NCBI GenBank assembly: GCA_031414535.1
Contig: JANNVQ010000054.1
Coordinates: forward strand, 118,840 to 182,839
Direction of reading: 5' to 3'
Origin: Gemmatimonas sp.
GTDB taxonomy: Bacteria; Gemmatimonadota; Gemmatimonadetes; Gemmatimonadales; Gemmatimonadaceae
Length of the DNA: 64,000 bases
In this document: positions 47,284 to 56,909 of the stretch, one piece after another
Layout: every line of letters starts with the position of its first letter
Position numbering within the stretch: the stretch's first letter is position 1
Made by a program: the position numbers and the translations under genes
The notes under the pieces: model-generated
The model's input: the letters and a program-made list of their open reading frames with translations, nothing else
Told to the model about the DNA's origin: nothing
Database searches by the model: none

Positions 47284-48030
47284 ATGCTTCGTCGTATGGT
47301 TCGTCCCGCGTTCGTCGCTGTTGCTGCGTTGGTTGTTGCGGTTCCCGCGCTCATGGCGCAGCAGACTCCAGAGGCCATCATGGAGCGCTACAACAAGGCA
47401 ATCGACCCCCAGGGTCGCATTGGCTCCGTCGAAGGCATCAAGACCACCGTCACGATGGAAATGCCAGCGATGGGCATGAGCATGACCATCAACTCGGCTG
47501 CACGGCGTCCCAACCAGATCATCGTGGACACGGAAATTCCGGGCGTCGGCACCATGCGCCAGGGCTATGATGGCACCACCGCTTGGGCAACGGATCCGAT
47601 GCAGGGTCCGCGTATCCTCACCGGCATGGAGGCCGCGGCGCTGGTGGAAGGCTCCACCTTCAACTCCATGACGCGCTCGGCCGACTTGTTCTCGGCGATG
47701 GTCTCAGCTGGCACGGCAGACGTGGCCGGCGACGCCGCGAGCTGCGTGAAGTTCACCTGGAAGTCCGGCCGCGAGACCACCGACTGCTTCTCCAACGCAT
47801 CCGGTTTGCTCACCCGCACCACCTCCAAGCAGGTGACGCAGGCTGGTGAAGTGGAAGTCGAGATGCTCATGAAGGACTACCGCAACGTGAGCGGCCTGAT
47901 GGTCCCGCACCGCATTGAGTCGGCGATGATGGGCATGCAGATGATCATCACGACCACCTCGGTGGAGTTCGGCGCGCAGGCCGCCAACCTGTTCGAGCTG
48001 CCGCCAGAGATCAAGGCGCTCAAGCCCTGA
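47284..48030 (+). CDS. Exported beta-rich protein (LolA-like / outer-membrane lipoprotein-sorting-like fold)
   Basis: Signal peptide, QGYDGTTAW, DYRNVSGLMVPH, terminal FELP; SD GAGG. Confidence 0.6.
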   Translation: MLRRMVRPAFVAVAALVVAVPALMAQQTPEAIMERYNKAIDPQGRIGSVEGIKTTVTMEMPAMGMSMTINSAARRPNQIIVDTEIPGVGTMRQGYDGTTAWATDPMQGPRILTGMEAAALVEGSTFNSMTRSADLFSAMVSAGTADVAGDAASCVKFTWKSGRETTDCFSNASGLLTRTTSKQVTQAGEVEVEMLMKDYRNVSGLMVPHRIESAMMGMQMIITTTSVEFGAQAANLFELPPEIKALKP

Positions 48031-48037
48031 ACCGCTA

Positions 48038-49006
48038 ATGGCTCGACGGTTCTTCAACCGGCGACTGATCGCCAGCCTCGCACTCGCGATGCTGGCGATT
48101 TTCGCAGCCGCCGTGTTGTGGTTGCAGCGCGACCCTCTCCCGCACTTTGACGCGCGGCGGGGGACATTGCTGCGCGCGCACTCTGGCCCCGAGCGCGTGG
48201 ACGGCAGCACGATTGAACAGGATGTAACCGTAGAAGGCACAAGTGGGCTCACCATCACGCTGGCGATTCGCCGACCCGCAGACTTCACGGCCGACGTACA
48301 GCGTCCGCTCTTTCTCGTACTCGGCGGGCACGAGCGCGGTAAAGGTGCGGCAGCGCTCATTGGTGATACGCGCGGCGCGATCTTCGCCTCGCTCGAATAC
48401 CCGTTTGACGGAGACCATCGCGCCAAGGGATTGGCCGTCCTCGCGCAAGTGCCGGCCATTCGCCGCGCTCTCTTTGACACACCACCGGCGGTGCAGCTCG
48501 CGCTCGATTATCTACTGGCGCGCCCCGACGTGGATCCAGCGCGAGTGGAACTCGTGGGCGCGAGCTTCGGCACACCCTTCGCCACCATTGCAGCGGCGCG
48601 CGACACGCGCATCACGCGGCTCTGGCTCGCCCACGGTGGAGGCGATACCTGGGCGCTGATTGATCGCGGCTTGGAGAAGGAAATCGGAAACCGCTTTTTA
48701 CGCTGGCCTGTGACGCATCTCGCCAACACGCTCGCCAACGGGCCCAACTTCACGCCGGAGAAGTGGATTGGCCAAGTTGCGCCACGCCCGGTGGTGATGC
48801 TGAACGCCACGGATGACGAGAAGATTCCGCGGCGCTCCGTGGACATTCTCTACGCCGCCGCTGGCGATCCCAAGGAACTGGTGTGGCTGCCCGGACTGCA
48901 CATGCAGGGCAATCGCCCCGACGTGCTACGGCAGCTGATTGACGCAGTCATGGCGCGCACGGACCTCAGGCCGAAGCAAAGGTCCGCTGCAGTTCCGCTG
49001 AACTGA
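48038..49006 (+). CDS. Alpha/beta hydrolase, N-terminally anchored
   Basis: VDPARVELVGASFG nucleophile elbow, DEKIP, GLH. Confidence 0.8.
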   Translation: MARRFFNRRLIASLALAMLAIFAAAVLWLQRDPLPHFDARRGTLLRAHSGPERVDGSTIEQDVTVEGTSGLTITLAIRRPADFTADVQRPLFLVLGGHERGKGAAALIGDTRGAIFASLEYPFDGDHRAKGLAVLAQVPAIRRALFDTPPAVQLALDYLLARPDVDPARVELVGASFGTPFATIAAARDTRITRLWLAHGGGDTWALIDRGLEKEIGNRFLRWPVTHLANTLANGPNFTPEKWIGQVAPRPVVMLNATDDEKIPRRSVDILYAAAGDPKELVWLPGLHMQGNRPDVLRQLIDAVMARTDLRPKQRSAAVPLN

Positions 49007-49940
49007 GATTGCCGCCGCAAATGGCGATACCCACGCGCTTCCCCTCGAGCGCTGGGGCGAGCACACGAAGTCCCGCCAAGCCCGCTGCGCCCGCGCCCTC
49101 CGCGATGTTTCCGGTGTAGCGCTGCAAGTCGCGAATAGCGGCTCGCATTTGCTCCTCGCTCACTTGCACAAAGCCCGCCAAGCCCGTGCGGAGCGCCTCA
49201 AACGTGAGCGCATAGGCAGAGCCCGTGGCGATGCCTTCGGCAAAGGTGTTGGCCGGCTGACGCTCGAGCATCCCTCCGCTCTTCCAACTGTCGTACTGCG
49301 CAGCGGCATTCGTTGCCCCCACGGCGTACACCTTAAGCGATGGGCGCAAGGCAGCGGCTACCGTGAGCGCGCCAACGGCCTGCGAACCACCACCGAGCGC
49401 GAGTACCAACACATCAAGTTCTGGCGCCTGCGCGAGAATCTCGCTCGTCATCGTGCCCGCACCCGCTACCACGAGCGGATCATTGGTGGAATGCAGCAAC
49501 ACGAGCCCCTGCTCTTCCTGCAGGCGGCGGCATTCAACGATGGTCTCGTCATAGGTCGCGCCGGCTTCGACGAGCGTCGCGCCGAGGGCACGAATCGCCG
49601 CGTTCTTCTCCGGGTTGTTGCCCTGCGGGACGCACACGGTGATGGGCGTCCCGGTAAGGCGTCCCGCGTATGCAATGCCGAGTCCGTGATTCCCAGTGCT
49701 TGCCCCGATGCAACCGCGGCGGCGCTCCTCCGCCGAACGTCCCAGCACGGTGTTTAATCCATTGCGAATCTTGAAGCTCTGCGTGGGCTGATGGTTCTCG
49801 TGCTTCACGAGAACTCTGATGCCGTGACCGATGTCGGCGTCGAGCCGCGGATACTCGCGGAGCGGCGTTGGCGAGAGAAATGGGGCCAGGCGGTCCGCGG
49901 CGGCCTCGACGTCGGCAAATTTGATGGGGGACTGGTGCAT
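48966..49940 (-). CDS. PLP-dependent threonine/serine dehydratase family protein
   Basis: KHENHQPTQSFKIR, ASTGNHG, LGGGS, EGAG, CGGN. Confidence 0.9.
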   Translation of the reverse strand: MHQSPIKFADVEAAADRLAPFLSPTPLREYPRLDADIGHGIRVLVKHENHQPTQSFKIRNGLNTVLGRSAEERRRGCIGASTGNHGLGIAYAGRLTGTPITVCVPQGNNPEKNAAIRALGATLVEAGATYDETIVECRRLQEEQGLVLLHSTNDPLVVAGAGTMTSEILAQAPELDVLVLALGGGSQAVGALTVAAALRPSLKVYAVGATNAAAQYDSWKSGGMLERQPANTFAEGIATGSAYALTFEALRTGLAGFVQVSEEQMRAAIRDLQRYTGNIAEGAGAAGLAGLRVLAPALEGKRVGIAICGGNLSSAELQRTFASA

Positions 49941-49957
49941 GTGATTAAGATACGCGG
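49941..49957. promoter_or_regulatory. Bidirectional -10 element between two divergent ATGs
   Basis: TAAGAT (+, 49946-51) and TATCTT (-, 49947-52), each 6 nt from an ATG. Confidence 0.6.
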
Positions 49958-50359
49958 ATGCGAAATGCCCGCCTCTTTCTTCCCCTCGTGTTCATCGCGG
50001 CCGTGCTCGGCGCGGCGCGGCTCGACCGTACCACCGGCGACGGCGTGTACACGGCGGCGCAGGCTGACGCGGGCGCACAGGTGTTCCAAGAGGTCTGCCT
50101 GCAATGCCATCTTCCCAACTGGGAGAAGGAGAAGGGCTTCTACGCCAAGTGGCAGGGCAAGCCATTGAGCGCGCTGGCGAGCTACCTCAAGCTCGAGATG
50201 CCGCAGACGGACCCTGGCTCGCTCACGAGCGATGAGTACGCGTCCGTGACGGCCTATCTACTGCGCCTCACGGGGAACCCTGCTGGCAACACCCCCCTAA
50301 ACACCGATCCGGATGCCCTCGTGGGCATCCGGATTGATACGCTATCGTCGGGGCGCTGA
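49958..50359 (+). CDS. Monoheme cytochrome c
   Basis: Signal peptide, GVYTAAQA, CLQCH, distal MP. Confidence 0.9.
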   Translation: MRNARLFLPLVFIAAVLGAARLDRTTGDGVYTAAQADAGAQVFQEVCLQCHLPNWEKEKGFYAKWQGKPLSALASYLKLEMPQTDPGSLTSDEYASVTAYLLRLTGNPAGNTPLNTDPDALVGIRIDTLSSGR

Positions 50360-50363
50360 GCGC

Positions 50364-52118
50364 TTACTGGTAAAACTTCCAGCTCGCCTTGTGGTCACGG
50401 GTGAGCGGAAGATTGAGCATCCGCGCCCGCACCATCTCTACAGGCATGCGTCCGCCCTGGAGGATGGCATCGTGAAATTCTTTATTGCTCATGCGGCCCG
50501 TCTCGACGAGTTCACGATGCAAGGCGCGGAACTGTAGCCCGCCGAGCATGTACGCCGCCTGATACATCGGCGAGTACGTGCCATTGAATGAGCGCCGCAC
50601 TTCAGCCTCGGCGTTGGCCCGCTCGTGCCCCACGCGCTGCACGAGGAAGTCCACCGCCTCTTGTGGTGTCATGGTGCCGAGGTGGAAGCGCAGCGAGAAG
50701 ATGATGCGCGCTGCGCGATGCGAGCGCCAGAACAGCATCCCCATGCGGTCGTGGGGGGTCGGCGCGAAGCCGTTGTCCCACAGCAGCATCTCCCACCACA
50801 ACGCCCAGCCCTCGCCCCAGAACGGCGTGGAGAACAACTGCCGGTGCGAATTGTAACGCTGCGTCATAAAGCCCTGCAGATGATGCCCCGGAATCAACTC
50901 GTGATGCACCGTGGCCAACGAGAAGTGCGGATTGTTGCCGCGCATGGCCATGAGCTTGTCGTCGTGCTGCATTGAGTCGGTCGGGTATGCAACTTGAATT
51001 ATTTCGCCGCCCAAGAAGAACGGCGACACCAGCTGCTGCCGCGGCGGCATCATCTCCATGCGCCACACTTCGTCGGCGAGTGGCGGCACGGTGACCAAGT
51101 CGCGATCGGTGACGAACTTCACCGCCGAGCGTGCAAGGTCGCGCACCATTGCGGGTTGCTGACCCGGTGGCACAAAGGCCTGCTTCACGCTCTCAAGCGC
51201 GGCACGCCAGTCGTCACCGAAGCCCATCTCGCGCGACGCCTTTCGCTGCTCGGCTTCAATCCACGCGAACTCCTTCTCCGCCAGCGCGAGTAACTCCTGA
51301 GGCGTGTACGAGATCATCTCAAACACCAGGTCAGCACTGACGCCCGTCGTGCCGATGGGATCGCCGATGATTGGTTCTTCCTCGCCCTGCTTCTGCCCCA
51401 CCACCACTTCGCGGATGGCGCGGCTGTAGGCCGTGATGCCCTCGTTCACGCGACGAAAGGGATCTTCCGTCCACCAACTGAACTGCGGATCGTAGCCCGC
51501 CGAGAAACGGTGCCAGTTCCGGAGCTGCGTTTGCAGGTCGCTCAAGTAGTCGAGCGCCCTGAGGCCAACGATGCGCTCGGCGCGTGGGATCTGCGCGCTC
51601 TGGGGCGCACGCGCGCGCACGAGCTTGGTGAGCGAGTCGAGTTGCTTAGCCAGGTCGGCGAGCGCACGCGCCGACTTCTGGCCTTCCGGCGTCTCAAAGC
51701 GGCGACGCGCTTCCTCAAAGTCCGCGACGACAGCGCCGAATGGCACCAACGGCTTCATCTCATTGGCGAGGCGCTCATCGCGCTGCAATTGATCCAATTC
51801 CTGACGCAAGCGATTGTCGAGGAGGATGTAATCAATCTTGCCCTCCTGCGAGATGCGGTCAAAGTCCACGCGGCGCAGGCGGGCCCGCCAATCCGTGTAG
51901 AAGGTGTTGAGACGTTGCGCACGCGCAGGCGAGTACGACACCGTCCAGCGGCGAAGCAGGGCGCCTCGGTCCGAGACATACAGCGCAATCGTATCACGCA
52001 GTTCGCTCAGCGCCGAAGGAGACGGCGGCGCGAGTCGCTGCGCCGCTGCCGGCGAGCTCAGTAACGCGAGTGTGGAGACGCCGCCCAGTACCGCGCGACG
52101 CAGGATTCGATTGGTCAT
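50364..52118 (-). CDS. DUF885 family exported metallopeptidase-like protein
   Basis: HELIPGHHLQ, EGWALWWE, YQAAYMLG. Confidence 0.9.
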   Translation of the reverse strand: MTNRILRRAVLGGVSTLALLSSPAAAQRLAPPSPSALSELRDTIALYVSDRGALLRRWTVSYSPARAQRLNTFYTDWRARLRRVDFDRISQEGKIDYILLDNRLRQELDQLQRDERLANEMKPLVPFGAVVADFEEARRRFETPEGQKSARALADLAKQLDSLTKLVRARAPQSAQIPRAERIVGLRALDYLSDLQTQLRNWHRFSAGYDPQFSWWTEDPFRRVNEGITAYSRAIREVVVGQKQGEEEPIIGDPIGTTGVSADLVFEMISYTPQELLALAEKEFAWIEAEQRKASREMGFGDDWRAALESVKQAFVPPGQQPAMVRDLARSAVKFVTDRDLVTVPPLADEVWRMEMMPPRQQLVSPFFLGGEIIQVAYPTDSMQHDDKLMAMRGNNPHFSLATVHHELIPGHHLQGFMTQRYNSHRQLFSTPFWGEGWALWWEMLLWDNGFAPTPHDRMGMLFWRSHRAARIIFSLRFHLGTMTPQEAVDFLVQRVGHERANAEAEVRRSFNGTYSPMYQAAYMLGGLQFRALHRELVETGRMSNKEFHDAILQGGRMPVEMVRARMLNLPLTRDHKASWKFYQ

Positions 52119-52137
52119 CTGTTTATGCACGAGGAAA

Positions 52138-52572
52138 TCAGCGCGCCGACTTGCCGCGCGAGATGGATACAACGTAATTCGCCAGATCTTGAACCTGCGT
52201 ATCGGTGAGGTTCATCGGGCCGCCGCGCGGGCGCATGGGGAAGCGGCGCGTGCTGTCCTTCACCGATTCACGGGCGATGCCGTTGGTGATAATTACGGCG
52301 ATCTGCGCTTGGGAACCATCGGAGTGCAACCACTGGCCAGCGATCAGGCTTGGACCGTTTGGAGCACCGGCGCCCTTCTGCCCGTGGCAGCGCTGGCAGG
52401 CTCCCGCATTGAACAGCGAGTCACCGCGGGCGATTGAGGCCAGCTCCTCAGAGTTGGGACCGCGGGCGGCAGCGGGCGCGGCGCCCGGCATCGACACCGC
52501 CGATGTCCCGGCACCACCGCACGCCGCAAGTACAAGCACTGCCGGAAGGAGGCGCAGGAGCTGAACGCGCAT
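52138..52572 (-). CDS. Lipoprotein cytochrome c
   Basis: Lipobox LAAC, CQRCH, GPSL..WLH, distal Met. Confidence 0.9.
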   Translation of the reverse strand: MRVQLLRLLPAVLVLAACGGAGTSAVSMPGAAPAAARGPNSEELASIARGDSLFNAGACQRCHGQKGAGAPNGPSLIAGQWLHSDGSQAQIAVIITNGIARESVKDSTRRFPMRPRGGPMNLTDTQVQDLANYVVSISRGKSAR

Positions 52573-52617
52573 ACACGAACCTCTGAGTTGTTGGAGAGTG
52601 TGAAGTCCTCGCCCCTC

Positions 52618-52643
52618 TACGCTGCACACTCCCGGAGCGTTTG
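52618..52643 (-). promoter_or_regulatory. ECF-type promoter candidate
   Basis: CAAAC-N17-CGTA upstream of the cytochrome c gene. Confidence 0.45.
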
Positions 52644-52674
52644 GCGAGGGGCATAGGGGAATTCCGCCGCCCCC

Positions 52675-54885
52675 CTATGGCTCCCGCCCACCCGTCCAAA
52701 TGGCAATCAGCCCGCAGCCGTCTCCGGTAAGCGGTATGAGCTCCGCAGGAGCGTTCGCGATGCTAGGATAGACTTCAATCGCTGTGATGTCGGGACCGCT
52801 GACGACATCATCAATCGGCACGTGGCCGTCACGCGTACGGATATTTACGCGTTGCCCATCTAGCAGCACCTCAAACTTGCAGCCGCCTCTCCCTACCGCA
52901 ACGCGGCGCGGACGCTCCTCTTGTGACCACCCGAGGGTGACGAACCTCGAAAGCATAAGATGCTGTGTAGCGAGCGATGACGACCGCAGATCTAGCTGTT
53001 CCGGTGTAAGAAAGTCGGCAGTCATGGCGCCCCGCTGCACACGGGCGGCACGGTCATAGAAGCCGCGCGTCTCCAACACTGAGCGATTAGCGATGACGCG
53101 AACTGCGGTGAGCTCCTGCACGCGGGGTCCGATGGTTACGACGTATTGGTCCCCTTCGGCTACCCGCATAAGTGTCGTGTCCGCAGGCGCGAATCCGATG
53201 CGGCGTGCCAGCACTCGCATTGCCCTACCAGAGGCAGCCTCGATACTGACGACTCCTTCGGCGTCCGCAATTCGGGGCGTGCCGCCGTCCACAGACACCA
53301 CGGCATAGGGCACAGGATTGCCTTCGGTTGTGCTAATGCGAACCCGCACAAGATCAGCGCGCGTGACCAGCTCTGGGAGCTGCACCGTTACCCGCGCGAG
53401 TGCATCGTCCGATGCGATGCGCAACACCAGCGGACCAGCCCTGCGCGCCCCAGCGACCGCTCGCAGGGCAAGCGCTCGATCCCGAGGCACTCCGCAAAAG
53501 TCGAATCTGCCGCTACTTCCAACCGTGGTCTCGAGTACGCGCGTGCTCCAGCGCCATTGATGAGCGCCGTCAACTCGAAACTGCTCGCGCCACTCCAGCG
53601 TCACTCGGGCACGCTCGTCACCAATTGATGCGGGAGACAGAACACCAACGAGTCGCGAGGTTGGCTCGGTCTTCTCCGCATCGGGACCGCAGAGACTCGG
53701 ACCAAACAGCGAATCGGAGACCGCCGAAGGCTCGTTCGACGTGGAGGTCGCCGATGCGGAGTCTGCTGTGGGAAATCCAGCGTCGGGGACGGAAAACAGC
53801 ACGGTGCTCCCAATCCGGAGTTCCAGCACTTGGCCTGCGAGTACGTGCAAACTCTCGACGGTTCTCGTACGCATCGCGGCGCCGCCACGCGACACGTCAG
53901 CGACGCTCCGCTGCTCAAGGACTCTCGGCATGCGCAGTTCCCAGCGCTCCTCGAACCAGAGCCCATTCGGAAGCCGAGTCAGATGAATGCTTCCGCCCGC
54001 CAGTGACGTGGCGACTTCGCGCGGAACGTTGTCATACGCAAAATCAACTCGCGAGAGCTCGTAGCTGCGCGCGTCGAGCCACAGCACTCCACGCAACTGT
54101 GCGAGAGAAGATCTGCGATTGGCAGGTTCGAACGAGACACCGACGAGCGGAGACAACGGAGACGCAGGAGTCTCGACGCGAAAGCAGTGCTCGCGGGCGA
54201 ACTGTTCTGAAGCCAACAGGGCTGCATCTGGCGCGCGATACGTTGTGCCATCGTCCTCAGCGTGCACCCAGCCCTCTCGTTCGATGAGCGCCGGCGGCAC
54301 AGATTGAAACGGCCGAAGGGACGGTCCGCTACCGATGCGCACCGATCGCTCGCCACGGGGTTGGCCCGATGGCTCCGCAGTCCACGACAGGAGCGCATAG
54401 CGCGCCGTGGGCCTGGCCGACTCCGTTGCATACGCGGCGAGTGTGAGAGCCTTCTGTGCCTCTGCAAGAAGCAGGGCGGCGGGTTCGCGACCGCCTGATT
54501 CCGGACTGCACAGCGCGGTCGCTTGCGAGACGATAGCCTCCAGACGCACGACGTTGAGCGTCGTGCGAATAATCACTTCGGCCCCGCCGGGCCGCACGTG
54601 GTGTAGGCCAGCCTCGACCGGGGCGAACCCCACTGCCAAGACTCGGAGTCGCACCGTCGACAGCGAAGTTCTGAACGCGAAACCGCCCGACGCAGAAGTG
54701 ATTACGCGAGCAATCGTTGAATCGCCGGTCGCATTCGAGACCTGAACGAGTACGCGCTCCCGAGGCAACGCGTCTGGTCCAAGCACTCGTCCGCGTACGA
54801 GAGCATCTTGGGCGTGTACGACGCAACTCCAAGTGAACACGGCGAGAAAGAAGCCGCCGACTCGCAATGCAACGCGGGGAGTCAT
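52675..54885 (-). CDS. Exported protein with carboxypeptidase-regulatory-like domains and a C-terminal TonB-plug-like domain
   Basis: VRGRV..T..SGGF..LAVGF; ARRIGFAP; GFYDR; ITAIEVYP...GCGLIAIWT. Confidence 0.7.
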   Translation of the reverse strand: MTPRVALRVGGFFLAVFTWSCVVHAQDALVRGRVLGPDALPRERVLVQVSNATGDSTIARVITSASGGFAFRTSLSTVRLRVLAVGFAPVEAGLHHVRPGGAEVIIRTTLNVVRLEAIVSQATALCSPESGGREPAALLLAEAQKALTLAAYATESARPTARYALLSWTAEPSGQPRGERSVRIGSGPSLRPFQSVPPALIEREGWVHAEDDGTTYRAPDAALLASEQFAREHCFRVETPASPLSPLVGVSFEPANRRSSLAQLRGVLWLDARSYELSRVDFAYDNVPREVATSLAGGSIHLTRLPNGLWFEERWELRMPRVLEQRSVADVSRGGAAMRTRTVESLHVLAGQVLELRIGSTVLFSVPDAGFPTADSASATSTSNEPSAVSDSLFGPSLCGPDAEKTEPTSRLVGVLSPASIGDERARVTLEWREQFRVDGAHQWRWSTRVLETTVGSSGRFDFCGVPRDRALALRAVAGARRAGPLVLRIASDDALARVTVQLPELVTRADLVRVRISTTEGNPVPYAVVSVDGGTPRIADAEGVVSIEAASGRAMRVLARRIGFAPADTTLMRVAEGDQYVVTIGPRVQELTAVRVIANRSVLETRGFYDRAARVQRGAMTADFLTPEQLDLRSSSLATQHLMLSRFVTLGWSQEERPRRVAVGRGGCKFEVLLDGQRVNIRTRDGHVPIDDVVSGPDITAIEVYPSIANAPAELIPLTGDGCGLIAIWTGGREP

Positions 54886-54958
54886 GCCCGAGATTTGCTC
54901 TCGGACTGACTCCCCGCAATATCCGCATCGCCCTCTTAATCCACTGCTAATCCGCTCC

Positions 54959-55651
54959 CTACGCCGCCCCCACCATTGCCGGCTGCACCACCTTCCCGTC
55001 AAACAGGTGCACCTCTCTCGACGCATGCGCCGTATACCGCGCATCGTGCGTCACCATACAAATTGTGCTCCCCTGCCCGTGCAGTTCCTGCAGCAACCCC
55101 ATCACCGCCTCGCCGTTCTTGGAGTCGAGGTTGCCCGTCGGCTCGTCTGCGAGCAGGATGGCCGGATCACCCGCCACCGCGCGCGCCACGGCCACGCGCT
55201 GCTGCTGACCGCCCGAGAGCTGCGCCGGGAAGTGCTTGGCGCGGTGACTCATACCCACGCGTTCCAGCGCCCGCGCCACGCGATCCTTGCGCTCGCTCGC
55301 CGGCATATCGCGATAGGTCAGCGGCAGTTCAACGTTCTCAGCAACCGTGAGATCACCAATCAGGTTAAACGCCTGGAAGATGAAGCCAATCTGGCGATTG
55401 CGAACTCGCGCACGATCAGCGGGCGCCAGCGTTGCCACAGAGTGGCCGGCGAGTTCGTAGGCTCCGCCGCTTGGCGCGTCGAGCAGGCCGAGGATTGAGA
55501 GCAGAGTCGTCTTGCCGCAGCCCGAGGGGCCAGAGATGGCCACGTACTCGCCCTTGTTGATCTCGAAGTTGATGTCCGAGAGCGCGTGCGTCTCTACTTC
55601 GTCCGTCTGGAAAACTTTCTTAATGCCCTGCATCCGGATCAGCGTCGTCAT
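54959..55651 (-). CDS. ABC transporter ATP-binding protein (MacB/LolD type)
   Basis: GPSGCGKT, LSGGQQQR, LADEPTGNLD, VTHD. Confidence 0.95.
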   Translation of the reverse strand: MTTLIRMQGIKKVFQTDEVETHALSDINFEINKGEYVAISGPSGCGKTTLLSILGLLDAPSGGAYELAGHSVATLAPADRARVRNRQIGFIFQAFNLIGDLTVAENVELPLTYRDMPASERKDRVARALERVGMSHRAKHFPAQLSGGQQQRVAVARAVAGDPAILLADEPTGNLDSKNGEAVMGLLQELHGQGSTICMVTHDARYTAHASREVHLFDGKVVQPAMVGAA

Positions 55652-55659
55652 CTCAATTC

Positions 55660-56904
55660 TCACTTGATGCGTACGCGATCCACATTCGCGTACTGGGTCA
55701 TATCGGATAAGACTACACGGTCACCGGGCTCCAAGCCGCGCAAGATCTCGATGGTATTCACCGAGCTGCGGCCCAACTCCACCGACACCCGTACGGCGTG
55801 CTGCCCGTCCGGTTCCATCTTGAACATTGAGACGGTGCCGGAGGCGGCCCCAAACGACGGCCTCCCGGTAAACAGAATGTTGGTCAGGCGCTCCAACTGC
55901 ACCGTGCCGTCCACGCTGAGGTCGGGCACGGCGCCAGGCGGCAAGGCGCCTTCTAGCGCCACATCCACACGCACGGAGCCACCCACCGCCGAGGGATCCT
56001 TGCGTGACACACGCCCGCGGATAAGGCCATTTCGGGTGTCCACAACGGCCACCTGCCCGATACTTACATCCTTGGCCTGAGACTCCGGGATCCGAAGCTC
56101 TGCCTTGAGGCGGCCCGGCTGCACTACCTTCGCCAGCGTGGTGCCTTCAGGCACCCACTGACCCAACTCAAGATCCATTTCCTGCACCACGCCGTCATCA
56201 GGTGCGCGCACGTTGAGCGAATTGAGCCGCGTCTGCTGATTTGCGGCAATGGCGCGTAGCTGGCCGACCTGGCCGCGCTGCACCTCAATCTGCGAATCAA
56301 TCGCCGCCCGCATCAGCTCGAGACGCTCCTGCTCTACGCGCAGACGCGTCGTCATCTCTTCAGCTTGCGCGCGGCGGTTGCGGAGTTCAAACTCGCTAAT
56401 CAAGTTGCGCCGCACGAGGGAGTCAGCAGCGGCCGCTTCTTGCTGCGCGCTCACAAACTGCGTGCGCGCCGTGGCCACTGTCCCCTCTTGAGTCAGAATC
56501 GCCGAGCGCAGATTGGTGCGCAGGTTGAGCAGTTCAATCTCTGCCTGCCGCACCTGTTGGTCGGCCTGCATCGTCTGAATCTGCAGGTCGGGGTTTGAGA
56601 GCACGAGAATGAGCTGCCCAGCGCGCACCACAGTCCCCGACAGGAACTCAATGCGGTCCACGCGGGCAGATGCCTGTGCGGTAATCCAGCGAATCTGCTC
56701 GGGTACGAGATTGCCCGGCCCGCGCACTTCGCGTAGCACGTCGCCGCGGCGCACCGAGTCAATGATGACGCCGACCTTCGCGACCGTCGGCACCGCCGGA
56801 TCGAGCCTCGCCAGCGCGATGATCAACACGAGTACGCCAGCCCCGGCGGCAATCATCGCCACCTTTCGGCCTGTGCGCTTGGGAGGAGTAATGACAATGT
56901 CCAT
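55660..56904 (-). CDS. Efflux periplasmic adaptor (MFP/HlyD family)
   Basis: N-terminal TM, helical hairpin, VRAPDDGVV, GLEPGDRVVLS. Confidence 0.9.
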   Translation of the reverse strand: MDIVITPPKRTGRKVAMIAAGAGVLVLIIALARLDPAVPTVAKVGVIIDSVRRGDVLREVRGPGNLVPEQIRWITAQASARVDRIEFLSGTVVRAGQLILVLSNPDLQIQTMQADQQVRQAEIELLNLRTNLRSAILTQEGTVATARTQFVSAQQEAAAADSLVRRNLISEFELRNRRAQAEEMTTRLRVEQERLELMRAAIDSQIEVQRGQVGQLRAIAANQQTRLNSLNVRAPDDGVVQEMDLELGQWVPEGTTLAKVVQPGRLKAELRIPESQAKDVSIGQVAVVDTRNGLIRGRVSRKDPSAVGGSVRVDVALEGALPPGAVPDLSVDGTVQLERLTNILFTGRPSFGAASGTVSMFKMEPDGQHAVRVSVELGRSSVNTIEILRGLEPGDRVVLSDMTQYANVDRVRIK

Positions 56905-56909
56905 GCTGG

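Noticed and set aside
48966..49006. 41-nt overlap of convergent hydrolase and dehydratase genes
   Set aside because: Short 3' overlaps are common in compact GC-rich genomes.
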